The translations under genes and the position numbers were made by a program. The notes under the pieces are model-generated. The model saw nothing but the letters and a program-made list of their open reading frames with translations, was not told the DNA's origin and searched no databases. DNA of 64,000 bases from Epiperipatus broadwayi (taxonomy: Eukaryota > Animalia > Onychophora): assembly GCA_028023455.1 (NCBI GenBank), contig JAQFVV010000005.1:17856001-17920000 (forward strand). Reading direction: 5' to 3'. This document shows positions 53,831 through 64,000 of this stretch, one piece after another; position 1 is the stretch's first letter; each line of letters opens with the position of its first letter.

Positions 53831-56800
53831 ATGCTATTCAAAATACTTATTGTGGTATTCTTTGATTGGTTTTGTATTAAGTTTTCTTTCTTCATTTAAA
53901 CTGAAATATCTGTATATATATTTTTCCTTGAATAAAGTTCCTTCTAAAAACTTTTTAAAAAAATTCAATAAATAAATTAATTGAAGATAAAAGTACTATA
54001 GGAAGACACAATTGAAATACAGAAATAAATTTGAAAAAAGAAAGAAAAAAGATTAATATGATAAAGGAAGGGGGAATATGATAAGAGATTCATTAAGCAG
54101 AAAGATTTAAATATACATTACAAAAATTAATCGTCAAATATAATAAAGCAGAAACTTAATTAGATGATTAAAAAAAATAAAACAAAAATAATTAATAATA
54201 CAATCAGTTACAAAACTATAAATAAACAAAAGGAGTTTAGAGAATTGACAAGTGAAATGATTCCACAAATAGAACAATCTTCTTTTAATATGACTATATT
54301 CTAGAGGATTGGAAGAATACAAGAATGCTTGAAATGAAAAGATAATAAAGATTTAATTATCTATAAACAAAGGAATACTAATACCAACAATATATAAGCT
54401 ATATGCATATTTTATTTTAAACAACTTAAAAAAGAATGCAGAAATAATCAGAAAGAATAGAAGAATCGAGTATTTGCATTGACACAAATTATAGAAATGA
54501 ATTGTAGATTAGATAGAATAGCATATTTAGCCTTTTGACATATTGAAAAAGTGTATATTGTACCAGTCAAAAAACCCACCACCTGAACGCAAGTCGGATT
54601 CAACCTCAGTCAGTTCAAACTGAATTCAAACCCAACTCACCAGCTCAGATTAGTAGAAATCTAAATCGATGGCACAGTGCTATGCACCAAGAAACTAACT
54701 CAACAGTTGGTGAGAATTAGAGACCCCTGAACTGACACTAATATCGGATAATTAATTAACTAAAGATAATTTTAAATCGAATCATATGTAGATGTTCGGG
54801 TTGCCAACACAGACAGCGATTATCAACATTAAAATAATTATAAAAGAATTAAGAACTAAGAAACCAAGTGTGTTTAGAAAATATTTAATAATAATAGTTG
54901 TTGTTTTAATTTTAATAATGATTATATTAATTAATTCTAGTCCTTAAACAAAGTTTACAATTATAATAAGAGTGGCGGTCCTTATTATATGCCAATGAAT
55001 ATTATGCAATACTTGAAAGTCTATGTCTATGCCCCCAACAAGAAATAAAAGGCAGATAAAGGTATTCATTAGTAAAGGAAATTATTACTCTAATTTTATA
55101 CGAAAGAATGTGATATTTATTTCACATTCGCAAATCCATTCGTGAAGAGCAAGATACGTATTTTAGGGCATAACTTTTAATCTTTATTAGAAAACTTATT
55201 TTGAGATATAACGGAGAATTTGTTGGACTTTAATTTAAATCACTTCATCATGAATTACGAGCATCAGAGCAGGCTTTACTGGAACAGAGAGGTAACGGTG
55301 CTGCCGAATTATGAGCTATAAAGTGAAATTTAAAGACGATGGCTAGTCGATAATCGAAGTCCTATGGCGGCTTGATCTGACAAGTCTTATGCCCTTTGAC
55401 TAATACAAACAGAAGAGGAAGTGCTTTCGTCCTCGATAATTTAAAATAACAGAAATTATCACCGACCAGCCTAACGGAGCGAAAGATAGCCCTACGCCAG
55501 CAATGTTGAAGATGATGACTTGCTAGTCACCATTTGAAAAATAAAACCCAGTGATAGAATACTCTATGTGATGACTTGATCAATTTCATTAAAGTCAAAT
55601 GAGCTTTTAACTAAAACTATATTAAAGTATTTGCAAATCATATTAATTATGCCCCAATCATCGTGCCCTTCCTGAATCTAAATAGCAATTAACTGAAATT
55701 TGAATTAGAGTATATTTAATTGATTCTTTTATCAACCCTTTTGCAAAAAACATTTTAAGATTATATTTGAATAATAAATAAATATTAGTGAAACGAGAAA
55801 ATAGCGGTGGCATAGATTAAAAATGGAGCTAATAATTTATTATTAGCCAATGATAAAAATAACAATCATTAATAATTTCTTTCGACTCGATGATTGATAG
55901 AACTGTATTAATCTAGTTCTAATGGGCAAGAATTAACTATCAGAATTAAGTTTATATTACTTGTGTATTGCAAAGAAAACGAAGGAGATCATCAAATCGA
56001 AGGATTATTGGCATATAATTAAAATATAACAACATTAATAAATTTACTCAATAAATATACATAATAAAATAAATGAACCGCCACGTAAGAAAGGAAAGTT
56101 AAAGACTAGAGGTTGAGAGAATTACTATGAAAGTTAAAATAGCATAAATAAAAGGTTTTACACAGAGTATTATTACATTATAAATGAGAAGAGCTCTTAA
56201 AGGGAGTGTAAAGTAAAGTTCAGAAACTGGACAGATAGTTTAAGGTTCATTATGGAAATATATTACCAATTTCTTCCAGGGTTGGTTTCCTTAATTTACA
56301 CATCCAGGTTAGTAAAACGTAGGCACCATTTGGTCGATTACTTGAACAGTATTTTAATGAATTTTTACGATTTTAGCAGCATGATTGGTCCGGAAAAGAT
56401 TCAGCAGCTTCATTGAAGATTTTTAGGGGACTTCAGGAACCGATAGCCAGATTCCTGATGTTTTAGCCCTTCAACATGATCGAAACACTATTTAAACTTA
56501 TGATTTTTAAACGCATAGAGTTCACTGCACTTCTCTACAACAAAGATGGCTTCTTTTTTTTCTCCAAACTTTTCAGAGCTATATATATGTTCTCTGATGC
56601 CTTCAGGCTAGCGCTTCTTTCATTATCAATGTTTTTAGATTTACTGGTTGTTTTTAGATACATTCCTTCGATAAGGCTTTCAAACTCATTAACTTGAATT
56701 CATTTTCTAATTAGAAAATGAATTCTTAAAATCAGAAAATGATTTTAATTAGGAAATCCTTATCTTTTTTTTCTAATTAATAAAACTTTAACTGTTGTTT

Positions 56801-57399
56801 TTGGAAAGGGAAAATCTGAAAGCTTATCGAAAGAATGTAGCTTTTAATCAGTAAAACTTTAACAAATTATTTAAAAATAAAATCAAACATTCCCGACGCA
56901 ATGAAACTTTCGAACAATTATATATATTTAAAATTTACAAATATATACGCACAATCCACACAGTTATAATATATAAATTCATGAATAATTCTATCATGAA
57001 TTTATTAATAGAATTAATCAATTTAAATCTGAAACTAGTTATTTGAATACACATTTATGAAATAAGTTACTCTTTATGGAAATTAGCGTGGATTGAATGT
57101 ATAAAGCCCCATTGCATCGGAAATTTAAGGTTAGTACTAGGGTTTGAAGTGGGCTTATGGTTAGAGGTCATGAAGCTAGAATCGAACTCAGATCCGACTG
57201 CTTCAATATATACATGGGGACCCAAAAATAACTGGAATCATTATCTGATATATTTCTTGCAGGGATTCTTCTGCATCAATCTGCCAAATGACACTGCAGT
57301 GTGAAATTGTGGGGCCATGTAGCAATTTTTTTTGCAAAGTGCATTTCTTGTATTTGTCAATTTTTTTAATAATGGTTGAAATGTTTGAACAATTATCAT

Positions 57400-57875
57400 T
57401 GATTTTTTTTATGCAAATGGCATTTTTCTCTCAAATTTAGTTTGTAACAGTCAGGCATTTTATCTGCAAATTCGGAAACATTTATGTGATGCGGTAAAAC
57501 ATAAACATCCCATTTTGTGCAAAAAAGAGTGCAAACTCCACCCCAACAGTGTCATCTCTCAAAGCTTTGAGTGTGAAACACTTTTTAATTAAATTCAGCA
57601 TGACTCAGCTTATCTATCAGTGCATTTTATCGATCTGACTTCATGTGATTTTTTTTATCTCTCAAATGAAAAAAAATGTCTCAAATTTTTTTTTGTGGAC
57701 TTAGAACTGAGGGGGGAAATGACAGAAGTGTTAACTTTGCAAGTGACAAATTGATTTAGACCGATCCATTGCATTAACTAGACTATACTTTTTAAAGCAA
57801 TTGAATTTCCTATACCTAAAAATAAATATACAATTTTTATGATAAACCTCCAGTGATTTTTTGTGTCCTCCTGTG
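57400..57875 (+). mobile_element. Decayed mariner transposase C-terminal fragment
   Basis: SQAFYLQIRKHLCDAVKHKHPIL resembles N..FYL.VL.RL..AVR.KRP.LW. IDLTSCDFF resembles PDLAPCDFFLF. Confidence 0.65.
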
Positions 57876-58548
57876 TATATATAACAGAGGTTTTAAGTAC
57901 CATGTATGTTCAAAATTTGACAATGTATGAATTAAAAATTGTTTATTACAATTATTAAAAAAAACTACACAAAGAAAATTTATTGTTCAATAGTCAATAA
58001 AAACTCTGAGCATCAGAAATGACAAAGCTGGGCCACAATTCATAGAATTTTAAGCTCAAGAGACTGCCACTCTAACACTGCACTGAAACATACAAAATAA
58101 AGAAAGTCATTATGTGTAGGAAAAAATCATGTAACATAATACATAAGATAATCCCCAACTTTGAATCCAGGCCACATTGATAAAAATAGAAATCAGAAAC
58201 CAGTCTGAGGAATTGGGTTTAATACTAAGGATAGAGATTATATATGCAACTGGTAATCATTAGTTACTCAGGTTTACACTAGATGTCAGTAAAGTCAAGA
58301 ACTGCTTTTGGGTGAGAAGGGGGAGTGAGCTGATTGTATTAGGGTTTTTCTGTTACATTCCTAGTGAGAGGAACAAGGTGCATACTGGAATAAAAAAAAA
58401 TATTAAAATACTTAATTGCTGAACTAATTTTAGATCTATATGCTATTTAAGCAGACTGATGTGAGTTTCAAAACTTTGGCTGATTTGAATTTCAAGTTTT
58501 AAGTTTGACAAGTAAAGTGGATTTAAATGTGGTTGCTGAATGCATATA

Positions 58549-58733
58549 CACCTGGGTCTCGTTTTATGCGGATTATTTTAATGCGATTTTGTCATTATGC
58601 GATTCATGTTTCTTCTTAATATTTTTCATATTTCACTATATTTATTAGATATCAAGAAAGTCTATTTTTGTGTGATTTCTTTTGTGCGCATTTTCTGAGG
58701 AACCTATCTACTGCATAAAACGAGACCCAGGTG
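58549..58733. mobile_element. 185-bp Tc1/mariner-type MITE
   Basis: Perfect 21-bp TIRs CACCTGGGTCTCGTTTTATGC / GCATAAAACGAGACCCAGGTG, with TA TSDs at 58547-58548 and 58734-58735. Confidence 0.9.
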
Positions 58734-59239
58734 TATACATTTCTTTCATCTTTTTGATAAAAGCAAAAGTCAGAAAACAGCCTGTAATGAGGATTAAAAT
58801 ATTAAAGATAAGAATTATTTATGTATCTGCTAATCACTGTATCTTACATTAGATGACAGCAAACTGGAGATTTGTTTTTTGTATAAACCCCCCAAAAGAT
58901 TGTTCATTGCCATTTATATTATTTGCACTTTTTTTTTTAAAAAAAAAAACAAAAAACAAAAAAAAACTAAAATATAATCTAACTAATATGCACAATGCTA
59001 GATTCTTCTACTTGTTACACCTAAGCCTGTGATGGACAAAACACCAGAAATGCAGATCCTAAGATTGGATCCTAGTTACTACATTAACAAAATTGATAAT
59101 CATGAAGCAATACTAGACCCTAAGGATTGCTACATATAATTTATGAATTCCAAATTAAGATATGTAACTAGATGAAAGAATTGAAATGAAAAAAAAAGAA
59201 TAAAGAAAATAACAAATTTATTTACATAAATATAGGTAA

Positions 59240-59850
59240 TGAGTTATTATTTATATCGCGCTATGTTTTTAAACTGTAATAATAATTAGAAATCACCCCA
59301 CTACATATGCACTTTATATATTTAAACACTTAATGAATATTATCCTTTCCAAACGTAAGATAAAGTCTTCTCAAAAGATAGAATGAATCCACTCTATCTT
59401 TTTAACCTAAGTGTGTATGTATAGGCAAATCTTAAGGATTTGGAAATGAGAGTGTGAAGATATTAAATAATCACTTTCCAAATGCTTAAGATTTTCCTAT
59501 ACATATTCCATCTTTTCAAAATATTTTGTGTTTGGAAAGGAGGGTATTCTTAAGTGTTTAAATCTATAAAGCACATGTGTAGTGGAGTGATCTCTAATAT
59601 ATTATTACAGTTTAAAAACATAGTGCTATATCAATAAATAACTCCACATACTGTTTAACATTTCATCTAATAATGATGCATTATAAATTGTAAAAATTTT
59701 GCAAGCATCATTCATTAAAATATAGTAAAAGGAATTGAAAGTGGTTATTTAATATCTTCATGCTCTCATTTCCAAATACTTAAGATTTCCTTATAGGATA
59801 ATATTCATTAAGTGTTTAAATCTATAAGCGCATGTGTAGTAGAATGAGGT
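59240..59850. mobile_element. Older member of the 336-bp family (one forward and two inverted partial copies)
   Basis: Shares GGAAATGAGAG(T/C)(G/A)TGAAGATATTAA, AAGATAAAGTCTT and ATAGAATGAATC blocks with 37623-38416. Confidence 0.7.
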
Positions 59851-60061
59851 AATATAAAAGAGGAACATTAAATAATAATAAACAAATAAACAGACAAACG
59901 AGAATACCTGATATATACATTCTTAACAACTTGCCTAATTCATGTTTTTTACTAGTTTCAGAAAATAATATGAGAATTAATTATTTTAAATAGATTGATG
60001 TACATAAGAAATGTATCACAGCCCTTTTTTGACATTATTATTAACTTTAAAATAATAACAA

Positions 60062-60150
60062 ACGTTGATGGCCAAGTGGTTAGCGTAGCTGCCGTCTAAG
60101 CAACCGGCGTGGGTTCGCATCCCGGTCAACGCTTTGACATTTAAAAAAAA
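60062..60150 (+). mobile_element. tRNA-Gly-derived short SINE
   Basis: CGTTGATGGCCAAGTGGTTAGCGTAGCTGCC...GGGTTCGCATCCCGGTCAACGC followed by TTTGACATTT(A)n. Confidence 0.8.
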
Positions 60151-60743
60151 CAAAAAAACAATTAACTAGATTTATTATTATAATCAAATACTTTTTTTGT
60201 CTAAAAACTTCATTACTTATAGTATAATTTTTTAAAAATTCATTATTTTAAATAAATGCATGAAATTGCTGTTGTGTGTATGTGCTTGCATTGCTTGCTG
60301 TCACACACATCCATTCCACAATCAATCTGACCTTTGCTGTTGAGACTCAGGTTGTGTCTAATATTTTAAGCTAATATGTCTTTATGTTTGCACCAAGTTT
60401 TAATGAGTTAATCTCACCAATCGATGGATTAATGGAATAATCTTATTATTGATTTTTTTGTTTATAATTATTTATTTACCTTCACTGATGCTCTACGGTC
60501 TCAATCCAGAAAATTAGTGATGGTAACATGTGGGGAGGGGGTCAATCCATTAAAACTCATTGCAAGCATAAAACAAAAATAGTTGTAAAAATATTAGGGC
60601 AAAACTTTTGGCTCTCTTGGAATGATTGTGGAATGTATGAAAGCATATAATAGTAACTATAAAGTCAAAAATGTCAGGTTAATCAATTACTTTAAAATAA
60701 ATAATATGTTATGGAGATATTTGTGTATAATATGTATTGGGAC

Positions 60744-60920
60744 TTGGGTATTAGTCCTGCAATACAGACAATGTATTGAACCTTTTCACATTCATATCAA
60801 TGCACTGGTAACTTTGTAACCATGTTATTTTGGAAAACATTTACAAAGTTATTGGCAGCTTCAATACGAATGTGAAAAGGCACAGCAATACATGGTCCAT
60901 GTTGCAGGACTAATACCCAA
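60744..60920. repeat. ~177-bp imperfect palindrome (MITE-like)
   Basis: TTGGGTATTAGTCCTGCAA / TTGCAGGACTAATACCCAA termini, plus inner pairing CCTTTTCACATTC / GAATGTGAAAAGG. Confidence 0.8.
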
Positions 60921-60940
60921 CATATATATATATATATATA

Positions 60941-62671
60941 TTATAACGGAAATGGCTATTCGTACGGTTGAATAATTATTGGTATTTTCAACTATATTTA
61001 TTTCGATTATTTTATTCTACCTTATACTTAATTTATTATACTTTAATTCTTTCTCCGACTTTGATTCTTTATCCATTTATTGTTTTCAACTTAGATTTTT
61101 TATTATCTTATTCATTATTTTAACCAACGCCGTTACAATACAAGCAGAGAGCTAATACAGATACAAATTTAACTTCATATCTATACCCTTGACTGAACCC
61201 CAAGGCAATACGTACATATTATCTTGGCGTTATTTTTCCCAGCCAAAACTCTCGGCTGCTGAACAGAGCAAACTATTTCAAAGAAACTTAGCGAATGTCC
61301 AGCGCTTGCTATTTATTTTTTAGAATTGGGATTCCGCACGAACAAGCAGCACATGAATATCTTAAACAAATCAGTATGCCCCTTTAATCACTACTTATAG
61401 TTTCCCCCCTGTCGTAGCTTGGTGATAGGAGAATAAAGCAAGGATACAAAATTTAATGACAAATATGTTTAATAATAATATTCACACTTTATATAAAAAA
61501 TTACATTATAACAATAATAATAAACACACACTTATAAATACATGGCTATAATAACAAATCAAATATTAAAGTTCTTAAAGTCCTGTAGATATAGTTCTAT
61601 TTTATCGAATCATTAATTTTATATTTAATTATGAATAGTAGACGAATGAAAATGCATGCATGCTTTTACCTAGGCTTTGTTGTAATTGTCCCATGGGTAT
61701 TTCTTCCGAGCGCTCTTGATTAACTTCCTCAGTTTGTGGGGTTATTTCGTTCCAGTTTTGCTTGTTGATTCCTTAGGTTCTCTATGAACTTCCTCAGTTT
61801 GTGGGGTTATTTTCATCCAGTTTGCTGGTTGATTCTTTAGGTTGAGGTTCAATTGACAGCTACAGAAGCGGCGATCCCTCTAGCAGGTCAGGCAGAGATC
61901 TTACATTGCGAGTCAGTGATGAGACGGCTTGAATCCGAACCCACGTCCCTTTAACGCCACTAGCCACGCACTTCTTCCATTTTCTTTTAGCTGTTGCTTC
62001 TCTAAAGTCTCTACTAGCAATCCCAGACAAAAATTGTCATTTTATTAATCTCTTTCTTTGTTCGTTGTTTTTAAAATTTTTTAATTAAGACTTAGATTTC
62101 CAACCAATTCTTATCATTATGTTTCTTTATTTAATTAGTGGCTGGAATGTAAGTCCCAATTAATTTAACAGATCAGGCAAAGATCTTCCGTTGATAACAT
62201 TTCTTTGTCCGTGGAATTTAATTTGTCCAACAGACTTTCACACCTACGGCCATATTGTTTCTTTTTTATATATCACATATTACATTTATTTTATTTAAAG
62301 TTTACAATTCATTCATTTTTTTCACATTTACATTTTACATTTACTTTAATTTGTTATAATATATTTTTTAAAAGAGAGAAGAAACGCATATTTTTTTTAT
62401 GCATCCACTTCTCCTCTCCCACAATAAACAACAATAATTTCTAGCATTTGACTTATAAGAGAGAAAGAGATGCATTTCTTTATTTATGCAGCCCCCCTCC
62501 CCTTCTCTTACTATTACAAAATCCACAGTAATTTTGACATTAGAATTTCAATTTTTCTTTTCCTTCCTTTTTCTTTAAAAAAATTTATTAGCTAATTTAT
62601 TTCACCTTTATTACTTTCTAATTTTATTAATAAATATATATGTGTGTCGACGACTTTACGTGGTCGTCACA
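60941..62671. mobile_element. Possible LTR-derived non-coding element between (TA)n tracts
   Basis: CpG-enriched block bounded by (TA)n. Its right end reads TGTGACGACC on the minus strand. It contains an internal ~65-bp direct repeat at 61722-61845. No coding evidence. Confidence 0.3.
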
Positions 62672-63719
62672 ATATATATATATAAATGAAATATACACCT
62701 ATGCAGAAAGCTATATGACACTTTGACACTGAATTAAATATATTTCAAAAAAATGTGTAAAAATATTAGATTTATATCAATTAGTGTCAATTCAAATAGC
62801 ATATCAATGTGTTTTGTCTATGACTAGAGTATGGATTAATTGATCATACTTTTTGTTTGATAGCTCATATAGCCTTTAGCTCCGGTTTGTCTTAAAGTTA
62901 AAACTTTGTCCACTTTACAGTCAGTAAATAACAGTTTTCCTTCAACATTATTTATCCATAATATAACTTCATAGTAAATAATTAAAAAATATTTTTTAAA
63001 AAATTAGATATTATTTTATGTATAGAAATCACTAAAAGTAGAAAGTACGTTTTATCAGCTTTCACAATATTTTTGACATAATGCAACTCTCATAATCTTA
63101 ATTTTAAACATTTTTTAAAAAATAAATTTTAATCTACTTATAATATGAATATGAAACAATTTTTTGAATATTCATCCATTGACAAGTAAAAATACAAAAT
63201 TAACAACCAAAAGTAACCAGGGATAAGATCTGTTAGTTGTAATTTGGAGGATGAAGACGCTACCACTGTAATCTTTTTAAATATCTAGCAATTTTTTAAG
63301 TAGAGGTGTAGATTCCAACATATCACTGCTACATTTAACAAGTTAAAAATAGGATTTGGAATACACTGAAGTAACTTCTGAAACTAAATTAGAACTATCA
63401 CTTTATCTAATTTATTGTATGGAAATAAGACTTTGATCCTCTTTGTTAAAACATCAAGGCATTAGGAAACTTTTATAAATGTTCTGAAAATATTATGCAA
63501 ACATAGAAAACAAAACAATATGTTTTCAACTTTCTGGATATGGTGTTATAAAGTTTACTATTGTGCAATATCATCCTTCTTTGGATTGGACCCATGATCC
63601 AATGAATGGTATCACAATGCATAAAAAGTACGTTACGTCATATTTGAAAATAGTTTTCACTGAAAAAGCAGATCCCATTTACATTGTAAAATCTGTCTCA
63701 AAAACACTTTAATGAGGTG

Positions 63720-64000
63720 CAATATTAATCACATTCATTAGGAAGATATGGCTGAGGATTAAATACAGTGAAAAGCAACAAGTAGGTAAATCTACCAAAT
63801 CTCCACTATGAGTCAAATTTCAAGATAATGGTGGATAAAGTGTTCATCCAGTTCCAGATCCTCTTTCAATTATTGGAGACTTTATAATAATAAAATAAAG
63901 GAGATAATAATTGTAATCTTAAATTATTTAATCAAGGAAATGCTATATCCAGAATACCTAACATCAATGGAACCAACCAATTTCCAAATCGTCCAATTAT
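63720..64000 (-). pseudogene. cox1: Nuclear copy of mitochondrial cox1 (NUMT), decayed, runs off the window edge
   Basis: In invertebrate mitochondrial code the minus strand reads MIGRFGNWLVPLMLGILDMAFP..., then after frameshifts [29 protein letters not shown]...FSL. This matches COX1 MIGGFGNWLVPLML..PDMAFP and GTGWT.YPPLS. Confidence 0.9.

Noticed and set aside
1934-62444. ORF-track ORFs as host protein-coding genes
   Set aside because: All are short (about 60-112 aa). They are low-complexity AT-rich chance frames, antisense to TE remnants, or fragments of LINE/Gypsy ORFs. None resembles a host protein I recognise.

Overview
This is very AT-rich, CpG-poor animal nuclear DNA, probably from an arthropod (inferred from composition, repeat content and an invertebrate-code cox1 NUMT). 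I could not identify any intact host protein-coding gene. The ORF track consists of transposon debris or chance ORFs. The window is a transposon graveyard. It holds a decayed ~4.6-kb LINE with an SGNH-esterase ORF1, RTE and L1/Tx1 3' fragments, two Gypsy pol fragments, a Penelope GIY-YIG fragment, mariner/pogo remnants and MITEs, five ~95-bp tRNA-Gly-derived SINEs and an old cox1 NUMT at the right edge. Two CpG-rich promoter-like patches are also present, one with an RFX X-box. The most interesting signal is a non-coding ~425-nt repeat family carrying a minimal type-I hammerhead ribozyme (CTGATGA-stem II-GAAAC-TA-GTC). It has six HHR copies and stem II covariation, and one tandem HHR-to-HHR monomer of 422 nt. 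One composite insertion has both outer ends at the predicted self-cleavage site. Several copies are fold-back insertions with 11-14-bp TSDs. This fits a retrozyme or non-autonomous Penelope-like element. Three unrelated families share the same inverted-arm plus TSD architecture.
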